A stretch of DNA of 64,000 nt from an uncultured cyanobacterium (GCA_963740315.1 CAVUDP010000002.1:2528001-2592000), one strand, 5' to 3'; shown: positions 32,393 to 43,654, counted from the stretch's first letter. Made by a program: numbers and translations. Notes: generated by a model not told the origin, from the sequence alone.

Positions 32393-32525
32393 TGTTAGGA
32401 GTTAGTTGTTAGAAGTTAGGAGTAAATCAGGTTAAAGGTTAAAGGTTAAAGGTTAAAGGTTAAAGGTTAAAATTCCTCTTGTCCCCTTGTCCCCCCATCT
32501 GCCCATCCCCCCATCCCCTTGTCCC
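32393..32525. repeat. STRR arrays: (GTTAGGA)-like, (GGTTAAA)x6 and C-rich CCCCTTGT/CCCCATC units
   Basis: Directly visible in the divergent intergenic region. Confidence 0.85.
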
Positions 32526-32612
32526 AATATTTTATTTTCATTATTTCATGAGAAAAATCTCAATATTTTGTTACAATGCATACAGAAGAGGAAGCTTTAA
32601 GACCCACTAGCC

Positions 32613-33323
32613 ATGCCCAATAAACAATCTAAGAAACCCGTTGTTATCGCTCCATCTATCCTATCAGCGGATTTTAGCCGTCTCGGTGAAGAAGTTCGCG
32701 CTGTAGACGAAGCCGGAGCCGATTGGATTCACGTTGATGTAATGGATGGTCGTTTTGTACCTAATATAACGATTGGTCCTCTGATAGTGGAGGCGCTTCG
32801 TCCGGTTACTCAAAAGCCTCTGGATGTCCACTTGATGATTGTGGAACCCGAAAAGTATGTAGAGGATTTTGCTAAAGCAGGTGCAGACCACATTTACGTT
32901 CATTGCGAGCATAATGCTTCTCCTCACTTACATCGCACTTTAGGACAAATTAAGGAACTGGGAAAAAAAGCAGGAGTTGTACTAAATCCCGGCACTTCTT
33001 TGGATATGATTGAGTACTGTCTGGATTTGTGCGATTTAGTGCTGATCATGAGCGTTAACCCCGGTTTTGGCGGTCAAAGCTTTATCCCTGGAGTTGTACC
33101 CAAAATCCGCAAGCTGCGTCAAATGTGTGACGATCGCGGACTCGATCCTTGGATTGAAGTTGATGGCGGACTTAAGGTAAATAATACTTGGCAGGTTTTG
33201 GAAGCTGGTGCAAATGCAATTGTTGCAGGTTCGGCAGTCTTCAAAGCTAAAAATTACAAAGAAGCGATCGAGGGTATTCGCAACAGCCAGCGCCCCGCAC
33301 AAGATTTACCAAAGGCTTCTTAA
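32613..33323 (+). CDS. rpe: Ribulose-phosphate 3-epimerase
   Basis: [43 protein letters not shown]. Confidence 0.98.
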   Translation: MPNKQSKKPVVIAPSILSADFSRLGEEVRAVDEAGADWIHVDVMDGRFVPNITIGPLIVEALRPVTQKPLDVHLMIVEPEKYVEDFAKAGADHIYVHCEHNASPHLHRTLGQIKELGKKAGVVLNPGTSLDMIEYCLDLCDLVLIMSVNPGFGGQSFIPGVVPKIRKLRQMCDDRGLDPWIEVDGGLKVNNTWQVLEAGANAIVAGSAVFKAKNYKEAIEGIRNSQRPAQDLPKAS

Positions 33324-33365
33324 CATAAGTTAATAAGTAAATCAAATATTCCCATCACCTGATAC

Positions 33366-33399
33366 CCCCTCCCCTTTATTGCGCGGAGGGAATTTTTTT
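33366..33399 (+). terminator. Rho-independent terminator after rpe
   Basis: CCCCTCC...GGAGGGG stem followed by AATTTTTTT. Confidence 0.65.
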
Positions 33400-33478
33400 A
33401 TCACCCCAAAACAATGTAGAGACGTAGCACTGCTACGTCTCCACCAATATCTGTATTACAAAATCTGTATTACAAAAT

Positions 33479-33952
33479 CTAATCCAAGAAACCCATCAAA
33501 GAGAAACTATCATCAACTTCATTTGATGCTACCGGACGATTACCCATAACAGAATACATTTCTGAAACCACTAAATGACTTTTAGCAATAGGACGAATTC
33601 CAGATAAGTTCATTGTCTCGCTAAATTCTATTTTGTTCGCCCCAATAGGACGAATTCCCATGATATTTACGGTATGAACTACTTCTAAATCGCTACTGCT
33701 GATGGGACGTTCACCCGAAACCGTCATTGTGCGTGCAATATCTAAGTCGCTACTGGTAATAGGACGTTGCCCTGGAACAGCAAGGGTTCCGGTTATTTCT
33801 TCTTGAGCAGAATCAACATTCGCGGCGGTGTCTTTATTATCTGTACTCACGCTTTTCCCTTTGATATTTTCAAGTTTTGTACTGGTTCCCGCTCCAGTTT
33901 TGGCTCGTGTTTGCCGAGTACTGGCTCTTCTACCATTACTGCTGACGGTCAT
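33479..33952 (-). CDS. Hypothetical protein with five G-x-RPI repeats
   Basis: GQRPI, GERPI, GIRPI, GIRPI, GNRPV at 20-aa spacing. Confidence 0.75.
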   Translation of the reverse strand: MTVSSNGRRASTRQTRAKTGAGTSTKLENIKGKSVSTDNKDTAANVDSAQEEITGTLAVPGQRPITSSDLDIARTMTVSGERPISSSDLEVVHTVNIMGIRPIGANKIEFSETMNLSGIRPIAKSHLVVSEMYSVMGNRPVASNEVDDSFSLMGFLD

Positions 33953-34189
33953 AATCTTATACCTCTAATAGATAAATGAATGTAAATAAAAAATTTACTT
34001 TTATTCATTAAGTGTAACTTTAAAAAACCTTCTATAGGTATAAGTATCTTTAAAAATGAGACATAAGTCAAAATCATTAAGTATTATGAAGATAAATGTA
34101 TATAAATTCTACTTTTTAGATTGCGATTTTAAGCTCAGAAGGCAGCACTATTCGCTACCATTAAATAGGTTAAAATTTTGCAAGCTGTA

Positions 34190-36193
34190 ATGAAAAATTT
34201 TCTGGTAAAAGCCCCTTTTGAACCCACAGGCGACCAGCCCAAAGCTATTGAGCAGCTTGTGGAAAGTATTGAAGCGGGAAATCGCTATCAAACGCTTTTG
34301 GGTGCAACTGGTACGGGTAAAACTTTCACAATTGCAAGAACAATTGAGAAAATAGGTAAACCGACTCTTGTTTTGGCGCATAATAAAACCCTTGCCGCAC
34401 AGCTTTGTAATGAGTTGCGGGAGTTTTTCCCAGAGAATGCGGTGGAATACTTTGTTAGTTACTACGATTATTATCAGCCAGAAGCTTATATTCCCGTTAC
34501 CGATACTTACATCGAAAAAACGGCTCAAATTAATGACGAAATTGATATGTTGCGACATTCCGCAACCAGGTCTTTATTTGAACGTAAAGATGTCATAGTT
34601 GTGGCTTCTATCAGCTGTATTTATGGTTTGGGAATGCCTTCAGAGTACCTAAATGCAGCAATTTCGTTTCAAGTCGGCATGGAAGTTAACCAGCGGGAAA
34701 TACTTAGGGATTTAGTATCGATTCAGTATAAACGGAACGATATAGAAATGGGTCGGGGACGGTTTCGGGTGCGCGGTGATGTCTTGGAAGTTGGACCTGC
34801 ATACGAAGATAGAATTATTCGCATTGAATTTTTTGGTGATGAAATAGACGCTATTCGTTACATCGATCCGGTTACGGGTGAAATTTTACAAAGTTTGGCA
34901 GCAGTGAATATTTACCCGGCGCGTCACTTTGTTACACCCAAAGAAAGATTAGAAGTTGCTTGTGCGGATATTGAAGCAGAATTAAAAGCACGTAAAGCAG
35001 AATTAGAAGAAGCTGGTAAATTATTAGAAGCCCAACGTATAGATCAGCGCTGTCGCTACGATTTGGAAATGTTGCGCGAAGTTGGTTATTGTAACGGCGT
35101 AGAAAACTATTCGCGTCATTTAGCGGGGAGAAAAGCGGGAGAAAACCCGGAATGTTTGATTGATTATTTTCCCAAAGATTGGCTGTTGGTAATTGATGAA
35201 TCTCACGTTACCATTCCTCAAATTCGCGGGATGTATAACGGCGATCGAGCCAGAAAAATGGTTTTAATCGAACATGGTTTTCGTCTTCCTAGCGCTGCCG
35301 ATAATCGTCCTTTAAAAGCAGAAGAATTTTGGGAAAAAGTCGATCGGTGTATCTTTGTTTCTGCAACTCCTGGCACTTGGGAATTAGAAATTTCTGAAGA
35401 TAATATTGCCGAGCAAATTATTAGACCGACTGGAGTAATCGATCCAGAAGTGATTGTACGTCCGACTGAAGGTCAAATTGATGATTTATTAGGCGAAATT
35501 AAAGACCGAGTAGACCTTGACGAGCGGGTGTTAATTACGACGTTAACCAAGCGCATGGCTGAGGATTTAACGGAGTATTTAGAAGATAGCGGTATTCGCG
35601 TTAGATATCTGCATTCTGAAATTAATTCGATTCAAAGAATTGAAATTATCCAAGATTTGCGCGATGGTGTGTTTGATGTATTGGTTGGCGTGAACTTGCT
35701 GCGGGAAGGTTTGGATTTACCGGAAGTTTCCTTAGTGGCGATTTTAGATGCTGATAAAGAAGGATTCTTGCGTGCCGAACGTTCTTTGATTCAAACTATT
35801 GGTAGAGCTGCACGTCATGTAAAAGGACAAGCTATTTTATACGGCGATAAATTGACCGATAGCATGATTAAAGCGATCGACGAAACCGAACGTCGTCGCG
35901 GTATTCAAACAGCACACAATAAAATGCATAATATTACCCCGCAGTCGATCGTGAAGAAGAAATCTAGCAATGCGATTTTATCTTTCTTAGAAGTATCGCG
36001 GCGGTTGAATGCACAAGATTTGCAAGTGGTAGACGAACACGTTAATGAAATACCGTTAGAAAATATTCCGCAATTAGTTAATAAATTAGAAACGCAGATG
36101 AAAGAAGCTGCGAAAAATCTCCAATTTGAAGAAGCGGCGAAGTTTAGAGATCGGATTAAACAATTAAGAGATAAGTTGGTGGGAAGGAGTTAA
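34190..36193 (+). CDS. uvrB: Excinuclease ABC subunit B
   Basis: [44 protein letters not shown]-terminal UVR domain. Confidence 0.99.
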   Translation: MKNFLVKAPFEPTGDQPKAIEQLVESIEAGNRYQTLLGATGTGKTFTIARTIEKIGKPTLVLAHNKTLAAQLCNELREFFPENAVEYFVSYYDYYQPEAYIPVTDTYIEKTAQINDEIDMLRHSATRSLFERKDVIVVASISCIYGLGMPSEYLNAAISFQVGMEVNQREILRDLVSIQYKRNDIEMGRGRFRVRGDVLEVGPAYEDRIIRIEFFGDEIDAIRYIDPVTGEILQSLAAVNIYPARHFVTPKERLEVACADIEAELKARKAELEEAGKLLEAQRIDQRCRYDLEMLREVGYCNGVENYSRHLAGRKAGENPECLIDYFPKDWLLVIDESHVTIPQIRGMYNGDRARKMVLIEHGFRLPSAADNRPLKAEEFWEKVDRCIFVSATPGTWELEISEDNIAEQIIRPTGVIDPEVIVRPTEGQIDDLLGEIKDRVDLDERVLITTLTKRMAEDLTEYLEDSGIRVRYLHSEINSIQRIEIIQDLRDGVFDVLVGVNLLREGLDLPEVSLVAILDADKEGFLRAERSLIQTIGRAARHVKGQAILYGDKLTDSMIKAIDETERRRGIQTAHNKMHNITPQSIVKKKSSNAILSFLEVSRRLNAQDLQVVDEHVNEIPLENIPQLVNKLETQMKEAAKNLQFEEAAKFRDRIKQLRDKLVGRS

Positions 36194-36226
36194 GAGTTAG
36201 GAGTTAGGAGTTAGGAGTTAGGAGTT
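36186..36226 (+). repeat. STRR heptamer array (GGAGTTA)n overlapping the uvrB stop
   Basis: About 6 units. Confidence 0.9.
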
Positions 36227-36267
36227 TTGAATTGGAATTATACAGTAAACATTAATTTGTAAAGGCT

Positions 36268-36834
36268 ATGAATTCAATCGCGTTAAATATTCCTAAACTA
36301 GATGCTGAAGGGTTTAAACAATTATGTTTAGCAAATGAAAATTTGCAGCTTGAACGCGCATCTACTGGGGAAGTTATTATAATGCCTTTGAGATACCCTT
36401 TTACGAGTAGTCAAAACTCAGCAATCATAGCTCAATTAGCAATTTGGATTGAAAAAACTGGGTTAGGAATTGGGCTTGATTCTTCTACAGGCTTTACCTT
36501 AGCAAATGGTGCTGTGTATTCCCCCGATGCTTCTTGGGTAAGTAATGAACAATGGAATGGATTAACGCAACAGCAGCGAGAAGAAGAGTTTTCGCCACTC
36601 GCACCCGATTTTGTTGTAGAGTTACGTTCGAGTAGTGACTCTCTCAAAAAGCTGCAAAAGAAAATGGCAGAATATATTGAGAATGGGGTTCGTTTGGGTT
36701 GGTTAATCGATCCGAAAAATAAGATAGTAGAAATTTATCGGCAAGGGAAAGTAGAAATTTTAGAATCTCCTGCAACTGTATCTGGTGAAGATGTTTTACC
36801 GGGATTTGAGTTGAATTTGAATAAGATTTGGTAA
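36268..36834 (+). CDS. Uma2 family (PD-(D/E)xK-like) protein
   Basis: DSSTGFTL, SPDASWV, APDFVVELRS, GVRLGWLIDP, GEDVLPGF. Confidence 0.93.
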   Translation: MNSIALNIPKLDAEGFKQLCLANENLQLERASTGEVIIMPLRYPFTSSQNSAIIAQLAIWIEKTGLGIGLDSSTGFTLANGAVYSPDASWVSNEQWNGLTQQQREEEFSPLAPDFVVELRSSSDSLKKLQKKMAEYIENGVRLGWLIDPKNKIVEIYRQGKVEILESPATVSGEDVLPGFELNLNKIW

Positions 36835-36911
36835 TTAAAGTAATATGGATAAATCCGGTTTTTCGATAAACCAGCTTTTTTGCGATCGCGAATTATTTTA
36901 TAAATGCCATA

Positions 36912-37478
36912 TTAATTAAAAAACTGCTGAATATTACAATTAAAGCCGGGTAAAATTGGCGAAGTAATTTCATCGTTTTCCATCAGCGTTGCTACTAACA
37001 CTAACTGAGCATTTTCACGACGATAAACTTCTATTTGTCGCAACCGCCAATCTACAATCCAATATTCTTTAATTCCTTTAATTGAATAAAGTTTTAATTT
37101 GGCTTCTCTATCGCGTCTTTCATTTGTATTTCCCGCAGAAAGAACTTCAACAATTAATTCCGGCGCACCCGTCAAATGTCCTTCTTCATCAACTAATTGC
37201 TCTAGTCTTTCGTTACTAATCCAGACTACATCGGGAATAACATTGTCAGCATCGGAAAATATAATGCCGGGAGTAAATAATGCTTTACCTAAACCTGATT
37301 TTCTAGACCAAACTTGTAATTCAATATAGATATTACCACCAGAATCCTGATGACCTATATGTGGAGCGCGGCTCACAAATAATTCCCCTTCAATTATTTC
37401 GTAACGTTTCCATTCATCCGCTGCTAAAACTTCTAAATCGGCAATTGTCCAACGGATTTGATTTGGTGCTTGAGTCAT
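36912..37478 (-). CDS. Uma2 family protein
   Basis: YEIIEGEL, IPDVVW, APELIVEVLS, EYWIVD, SPILPGF. Confidence 0.93.
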   Translation of the reverse strand: MTQAPNQIRWTIADLEVLAADEWKRYEIIEGELFVSRAPHIGHQDSGGNIYIELQVWSRKSGLGKALFTPGIIFSDADNVIPDVVWISNERLEQLVDEEGHLTGAPELIVEVLSAGNTNERRDREAKLKLYSIKGIKEYWIVDWRLRQIEVYRRENAQLVLVATLMENDEITSPILPGFNCNIQQFFN

Positions 37479-37557
37479 AATATCACTTTAGATTAAAGGT
37501 TAAAGGTCAAAGGTTAAAATTAATATTTGTTAATTCATAACTCATAACTCTTGATTT

Positions 37558-38088
37558 CTAACTCCTAATTTTCTCCCACTCTTCTCTACTAATCCCATAA
37601 ATCATAGCTTTGTTTCCTGAAATTTGTGTTTCTCCTTCTAACTTTTCTCCTAATTTCTCTGCAACTCTCCTCGATGCTGTATTCTCTGGATGAATCAAAC
37701 TAATTAGGTGAGATTGCTGTAATTTTGTAAATGCAAAATCCATCGAAGCAACTCCCGCTTCCGTTGCAAAACCACGTCCCCAAAAAGCCCGTCGCAAACT
37801 CCAACCAACTTCTAAACCAATCCAACCTTCGGGTTTCCAACAGCCGATTCTACCGATCGCTTCACCACTTTGCCGATCTTCAACTGCCCACAAACCATAG
37901 CCTCGCAAGTACCAATGACCTATTATTGCTGCCATACTGCGCCAAGATTCCGCGCGAGATAAGACTTTACCCGTACCGATGTAGCGCATAACTTCTGCAT
38001 CAGCGCACATTTCGGCATAAGCGTCTAAATCCGATTCACAAAATCCGCGTAAAATTAAACGTTCGGTTTTAAGAATGGGAATCATCAT
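37558..38088 (-). CDS. GNAT N-acetyltransferase (RimJ/RimL-like)
   Basis: LKTERLILR, EVGWSL, WGRGFATEA, ENTASRRVAEKLG. Confidence 0.92.
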   Translation of the reverse strand: MMIPILKTERLILRGFCESDLDAYAEMCADAEVMRYIGTGKVLSRAESWRSMAAIIGHWYLRGYGLWAVEDRQSGEAIGRIGCWKPEGWIGLEVGWSLRRAFWGRGFATEAGVASMDFAFTKLQQSHLISLIHPENTASRRVAEKLGEKLEGETQISGNKAMIYGISREEWEKIRS

Positions 38089-38737
38089 CAAAAATTGCTC
38101 CGTCTAAGTTAGCGCTTTTCAAATCTGTATGAGATAGTTTGGCACCTCTTAAATCGGCTTCACTCAAATCGGCGTTATCCAAACAAGCATAATTCAAGTT
38201 TGCACCTCTAAGATTTGCACGGAATAGGTTTGCATTTTGTAAGTTTGCTCTCAATAATATCGATTGGCTCAAGTTACAATCGCTTAAGTTTGCTTCGGTA
38301 AAATCTGCTGCTGTTAAATTAGCTTGACTCAAGTTTGTTTGGCTCAAATTAGCCAAGTTTAATTTAGCGTAGCTGAAGTCAATGTCGGTTAAATCAAGCA
38401 AAATAAGTTCCGCACATCTTAAATTAGCGTTATGAAAATACCGATCGCCAATAGCATAACGTTGTAAAAGCTTATCGGTTGTTAATCTATCTAAAATCGC
38501 TTGAGATGCGCCTGGTAAACACCATTTTGCTTGGATTAGATTTGCCGCCGTATTAATAGCAACTTCATCAATTTTCTCTACTACAACACCATTACAATCA
38601 TCGCGTTCAGCTTTGCTGCCTCTATCGCCACCTAACATAAAGGCAATATCAGAAGCCGCATCAGGTGAGTCAAACAATAAAATCTTTGGTTCTTGCTTGA
38701 TTTCTAAACCGATTAATCTATATAGTAAGTTTTTCAT
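38069..38737 (-). CDS. Pentapeptide repeat protein
   Basis: A(N/D)Lxx repeats in the C-terminal half. Confidence 0.93.
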   Translation of the reverse strand: MKNLLYRLIGLEIKQEPKILLFDSPDAASDIAFMLGGDRGSKAERDDCNGVVVEKIDEVAINTAANLIQAKWCLPGASQAILDRLTTDKLLQRYAIGDRYFHNANLRCAELILLDLTDIDFSYAKLNLANLSQTNLSQANLTAADFTEANLSDCNLSQSILLRANLQNANLFRANLRGANLNYACLDNADLSEADLRGAKLSHTDLKSANLDGAIFDDDSHS

Positions 38738-38853
38738 TGTTAATTATCTGGTAATTACGAATTTTCTCATACATAACAAATTTTAGTTGGAACAATTCGG
38801 ATATTTCCATCGGTTTGCTTGATATAAGAATAAATGTTCTTGCTTATCCTACG

Positions 38854-40287
38854 ATGTTCCAACTTATAGATGTATTCTGGGCTTATACTCTAATTGCTAT
38901 TTTAATTCTTGTCGGACGTTTTATCAGACAACGTATCGGCATATTGAAATCTTTGTTTATTCCAAGTTCGGTTGTAGCGGGTGCGATCGCTTTATTATTG
39001 GGACCGAGTGCTTTAGGAGCGGTGATTAAAGCTACCGTTGGTGCAGATTCTCCTTTGGTTAACGGCATTTTTCCCGAAGCAATTTTAACGGTATGGTCAA
39101 AATCCCCTGGAGTATTTATAAACATTGTCTTTGCAACTTTATTTCTCGGACAGTTAATTCCCGGTTGGGGGACTATTTGGCGGCAAGCTTCACCACAAGC
39201 GGCTTTCGGTCAAGTATTGGGATGGGGACAATACGTTATTGGTTTGATACTGGGGATTACCGTATTAACCCCTATTTTTAAATTACCTCCTATTGCAGCT
39301 TCGTTAATTGAAGTCGCTTTTGAAGGGGGACACGGTACGTCGGCAGGGATGGCTGATACTTTCACCGAGTTGGGGTTTCCTGAAGCTGCCGATTTATCAT
39401 TGACTTTAGCAACGGTAGGATTGGTTTCGGGGATTATCATCGGTACGTGGTTGATAGATTGGGGAAGACGCACCGGAAGAATTCAACAAAGCCCAACTGA
39501 TATTAGTTTGGGTAACGAAGATAGTATCCATACTCACACAGAAGAACATCCATCCATCACAGTTGCTAGAGATAGATTATTTAAGGATTTACTAATCGAT
39601 CCGATATCGCTTAACTTTGGTTTTGTCGGATTGGCTGTTGCGATCGGTTGGTTAATTTTACAGGCTTTAGGGTTTATAGAATCAATTACCTGGGGAAGTG
39701 GAGACGGATTAAAGTTGATTGCTTTTGTACCGTTGTTCCCAATGGCACTGATTGGCGGGATTTTGGTACAGTTGCTTTTAGTGCGGACAAATCGTAGCTA
39801 TATGGTGAGTCGTCCTTTGATGGAACGTATCGGTGGATTGGCTTTGGATGTAACGATTGTCACCGCGCTGGCTAGTATTTCTTTAACAGCTTTGGGTGCA
39901 AATATAGTTCCTTTATTGATTTTGGCGATCGCAGGTATTCTGTGGAATGTTTGCGTGTATGTATTTTTAGCACCGCGTTTGATTCCTTTTTTCCCGAATG
40001 AAAGGGGTTTGGGAGATTTAGGACAATCGATGGGAGTTACCGCTACTGGTATTTTATTGTTAAGGATGGTAGATCCAGATAATCGTACAGGGGCTTTTGA
40101 ATGTTTTGCTTATAAACAGTTATTATTTGAACCGATTTTAGGAGGTGGTTTATTTACTGCTGCCGCACCTACTTTGATTGTCAAATATGGTTCGATTCCG
40201 ATGTTGTTATTTACATCTGTAATTTTAGCTTTTTGGTTGATATTTGGGTTTTGGAATTGCAAGCAGTTGAGGAAGAGTGGAAAGTGA
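38854..40287 (+). CDS. gltS: Sodium:glutamate symporter family transporter
   Basis: FEGGHGTSAGM, ATVGL, GQSMGVTATGILLLRMVDPD. Confidence 0.85.
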   Translation: MFQLIDVFWAYTLIAILILVGRFIRQRIGILKSLFIPSSVVAGAIALLLGPSALGAVIKATVGADSPLVNGIFPEAILTVWSKSPGVFINIVFATLFLGQLIPGWGTIWRQASPQAAFGQVLGWGQYVIGLILGITVLTPIFKLPPIAASLIEVAFEGGHGTSAGMADTFTELGFPEAADLSLTLATVGLVSGIIIGTWLIDWGRRTGRIQQSPTDISLGNEDSIHTHTEEHPSITVARDRLFKDLLIDPISLNFGFVGLAVAIGWLILQALGFIESITWGSGDGLKLIAFVPLFPMALIGGILVQLLLVRTNRSYMVSRPLMERIGGLALDVTIVTALASISLTALGANIVPLLILAIAGILWNVCVYVFLAPRLIPFFPNERGLGDLGQSMGVTATGILLLRMVDPDNRTGAFECFAYKQLLFEPILGGGLFTAAAPTLIVKYGSIPMLLFTSVILAFWLIFGFWNCKQLRKSGK

Positions 40288-40349
40288 AAATTAAGTTTTT
40301 AGTAAGTGATTCAGTACTTAAAGAGCGATAAATCGCTTACTACAAACCT

Positions 40350-40988
40350 TTATATTTGTTCTCTTACCCATTTACGGAAAGCTTTGAGGGTTGCATTTCT
40401 TCCTTTAGTTTTACTTTGTTGTAAATATTGTGGGATTACCTTAATTAAAGATAATTGAGGAAAATTATAACTTTGTGTTGATTCTACATAAAAGCCATTT
40501 TGTAATAGATTTATTTTCAGTTTACCTTGTTCAAATCGCCATAGTTCGGGAACTTTCAACGCTTGATAAATACTCGGATGTGTGCGGGAAGTGACATCGA
40601 TTTCCAAAGCTAAATCGGGGGGAGGATCTATTGTTAAATCTAACCGATTTTTGCCACGAACTTTGCTTTCGTTTTGAATGTAAAAACACTGGTCTGGTTC
40701 TATACCTTGAGCCATTGCTTGGTTTTTGAAAGTTGTCGAACCAAGACTAATAAATTCAATATCAAGTTCTTCTAATAGGGCTTTAACTAAGTCACCGATA
40801 ATCTCTTTACCATATTCATGTTCGGGTAGTGGTGCCATAATCTCTAACATTCCGTTATCGTAAGCAATTCGTGCTGCGCGGTGTTCTCCTAACTCTTCAA
40901 GAATTGTTTCAAATTCCTGCCAAGTTACGTTTTGTAATAACACTCTTTGTCCTGGTGGAACGTGGATACGGTTTAATTCTAATAACAT
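40350..40988 (-). CDS. Uma2 family protein
   Basis: VTWQEFE, RIAYDNGMLEIM, GSTT, EPDQCFY, PPPDLALEIDVTS, VPELWR. Confidence 0.93.
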   Translation of the reverse strand: MLLELNRIHVPPGQRVLLQNVTWQEFETILEELGEHRAARIAYDNGMLEIMAPLPEHEYGKEIIGDLVKALLEELDIEFISLGSTTFKNQAMAQGIEPDQCFYIQNESKVRGKNRLDLTIDPPPDLALEIDVTSRTHPSIYQALKVPELWRFEQGKLKINLLQNGFYVESTQSYNFPQLSLIKVIPQYLQQSKTKGRNATLKAFRKWVREQI

Positions 40989-41201
40989 TTTTTATAGTTT
41001 ATGAAAGTTGTTTTACTATAATTTTAGTTGGTTATAAGTGAAATCACATTATTTATTTAAAAGATTTAAATAGGAATGCGATCGGCTCGATTTCGTTTTC
41101 ATCCACTTGCATTTGCAAACCCCAAGCGGTGGGGCGTAAGTCTATTAAAATAGATGAAAAATACAATTGATACAGTAATTAATGTTTATTAATCCAAAAT
41201 T

Positions 41202-41828
41202 ATGTTTACTAACGATGCTCCTACGTCTTACAGCAAATTCAATTTATCAAAGGTTAAAGATATATTTAATTTAACGACTTATGAAAAGGTTGATTTATTT
41301 ATTGATTCACCAGTTTTAGAACCGAGTTCATTTCTCAAAGAAACATTAGCCTACAATCTCCCTTTGGCATTAGCTAGCAATAGTGAAAAAGCCCGTTCAG
41401 AAATGATTATATCTCCAATTTTAATTGAGCTTAGGAAGCAATTACAGGACAAGATAAATATTTTTTCGGGTATTGAATTTAATGTTGAATCAGAAAAAGG
41501 TTTAACTGGAGTGTGTGGTTTTCTTATCAGCGATTCTCCAGAGCAATTGTTTGTTAGTGCCCCAGTTGTAACTTTAGTAGAAGCAAAAAAAGAAAATATT
41601 AATGCTGTTTTAGGACAATGTGTCGCGGAAATGATAGCGGCAAAAATTTTTAACGATCGCTCTAAAAATGAAATTCCGGCAATTTATGGTACCGTAACTA
41701 CCGGAACTAACTGGAGATTTTTAAAGTTAGAAGGAAGTATTATTAATATTGATTTATCTGAATATTATTTAAGAGATGTAGATAAAATTTTAGGTCTTTT
41801 AGCAATGGGTATTGTTTCTAAAAGATAA
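41202..41828 (+). CDS. Restriction-endonuclease-fold hypothetical protein (cyanobacterial SEKARSE family)
   Basis: SEKARSEMIISPIL, VEAKKENI..LGQCVAEM, YGTVTTGTNWRFL. Confidence 0.75.
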   Translation: MFTNDAPTSYSKFNLSKVKDIFNLTTYEKVDLFIDSPVLEPSSFLKETLAYNLPLALASNSEKARSEMIISPILIELRKQLQDKINIFSGIEFNVESEKGLTGVCGFLISDSPEQLFVSAPVVTLVEAKKENINAVLGQCVAEMIAAKIFNDRSKNEIPAIYGTVTTGTNWRFLKLEGSIINIDLSEYYLRDVDKILGLLAMGIVSKR

Positions 41829-41913
41829 ATTATTTAGAATTACAAGTTGACAAAATGCCTAATACGAATTAAAACTATCAAAATCGCATAATATTTATAA
41901 CTGTTTGCTGTGA

Positions 41914-43434
41914 ATGACAAACCATACTCGACAAAACAAACCCAATTTAATAGATAAATCTCTGGCTTTTATTGAAACAGTAGGAAATAAACTACCAGAT
42001 CCGATAACGCTATTTTTTATACTCAGCGTCGGTGTAGTTTTGGTGAGCGCGATCGCATCTTCTCTAAATGTATCGGTAGTCAATCCCAGCGACGATAAAA
42101 CCATTGCTGCGGTGTCTCTACTTACCCCCGAAGGTATACGCAAAATATTTACGGAAGCAGTTAATAATTTTACCGGATTTAAACCGCTCGGTACCGTACT
42201 TGTGGCGATGTTGGGTGTGGGTGTCGCTGAATCTACAGGTTTGCTTTCGGCATTGTTAAGACGAATAGTATTGATTGCACCGGGAAGGTTTATTTGTCCG
42301 GTTGTGGTGTTTGCGGGTGTGATGGGTAATATCGCCGCAGATGCCGGTTACGTGGTGCTTGTACCGTTGGGTGCGGTGATTTTTCTGGCTTTTCGTCGCC
42401 ATCCTCTCGCAGGTATTGCGGCGGCTTTTGCAGGGGTTTCTGGCGGGTTTAGCGCTAATTTGATCGTAAATCCTCTCGATCCTTTACTTGCGGGATTATC
42501 TCAAAGTGCGGCGCAGTTAATTAAACCAAACTATCAGGTGAATGCAACTGCTAATTACTATTTCATGGTAGTTTCAACTTTTTTAATTACCTTAATTGGC
42601 TGGTTTGTTACCGAAAGAATTATCGAACCGCGTTTGGGAATTTACAATCAACAAAATGAAGATATACCGATGCAAACGCTGACACCATCGGAAAGAAAAG
42701 GTTTGCGTTGGGCGGGGTTTTCTTTCTTATTATTGACAGCTTTTATAGCAGCTTTGGTTTTGCCACCACAAGGTATTTTACGCAATCCAGAAACGTTTAC
42801 AATTATCCCTTCACCTTTTATTGACAGCATAGTTATAATTATTGCCTTAGCATTTCTAATTCCGGGAATTGTTTACGGTAAAATTTCTGGAAGTATTGCC
42901 AATGATAAAGATGTTGCTAATGCTTTAGGTAGTTCGATGGCAGCGATGGGTTATTACATTGCTTTGGCTTTTATTGCAGCACAATTTATTGCTTATTTTA
43001 GCTGGAGTAATTTAGGTTTAATTTTGGCGGTGAATGGTGCCAATTTTCTCAGAGCAACGGGATTTACTGGCGTACCGCTAATGTTAATGTTTATCTTAGT
43101 CAGTATGCTAATTAACTTATTCGTCGGTTCCGCTTCGGCAAAATGGGCGATAATGGCACCGATATTTATCCCGATGTTTATGTTAGTTGGATATTCTCCG
43201 GAGTTGACACAAGCTGCTTATCGAATTGGCGATTCTTCTACTAATATAATTACGCCATTGATGCCTTATTTTCCTGTAGTGGTGGCATTTGGTCAAAAGT
43301 ACGATAAAAGTTTGAAAATAGGAACTTTGATTTCTTTAATGTTGCCTTATTCGGTGGCATTTTTGATCGGATGGGGGATTTTATTTGTAATTTGGTTTGT
43401 CTTGGGGTTGCCTTTGGGACCGGGAGTCAGTTAA
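41914..43434 (+). CDS. abgT: AbgT family transporter
   Basis: GNKLPDP, RHPLAGIAAAFAGVSGGFSAN, SASAKWAIMAPIFIPM, YRIGDSSTNIITPLMPY. Confidence 0.93.
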   Translation: MTNHTRQNKPNLIDKSLAFIETVGNKLPDPITLFFILSVGVVLVSAIASSLNVSVVNPSDDKTIAAVSLLTPEGIRKIFTEAVNNFTGFKPLGTVLVAMLGVGVAESTGLLSALLRRIVLIAPGRFICPVVVFAGVMGNIAADAGYVVLVPLGAVIFLAFRRHPLAGIAAAFAGVSGGFSANLIVNPLDPLLAGLSQSAAQLIKPNYQVNATANYYFMVVSTFLITLIGWFVTERIIEPRLGIYNQQNEDIPMQTLTPSERKGLRWAGFSFLLLTAFIAALVLPPQGILRNPETFTIIPSPFIDSIVIIIALAFLIPGIVYGKISGSIANDKDVANALGSSMAAMGYYIALAFIAAQFIAYFSWSNLGLILAVNGANFLRATGFTGVPLMLMFILVSMLINLFVGSASAKWAIMAPIFIPMFMLVGYSPELTQAAYRIGDSSTNIITPLMPYFPVVVAFGQKYDKSLKIGTLISLMLPYSVAFLIGWGILFVIWFVLGLPLGPGVS

Positions 43435-43544
43435 CAGTGAACAGTGAACAGTTATCAGAATTTTGTAGCTAAATTAATAGCCCTCACTCTAGAAGAGTGG
43501 GGCTAGAAGTACAAAGCCCACCTGCGTCGGCTAAATTTTAAGTT

Positions 43545-43654
43545 TTACTCCCTTACCGCTCTAAAATTACCTATCTCTTTTAATCTCTTTCCTCTGCGCT
43601 CTCTGCGTCTAGTAAGGTTTTTCACTCGATAATCTTCTGCCGGGAAAGGAGTAA
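43545..43654. mobile_element. MITE-like element, about 110 bp
   Basis: TTACTCCCTTACCG vs reverse complement of CGGGAAAGGAGTAA (12/14). Confidence 0.5.
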
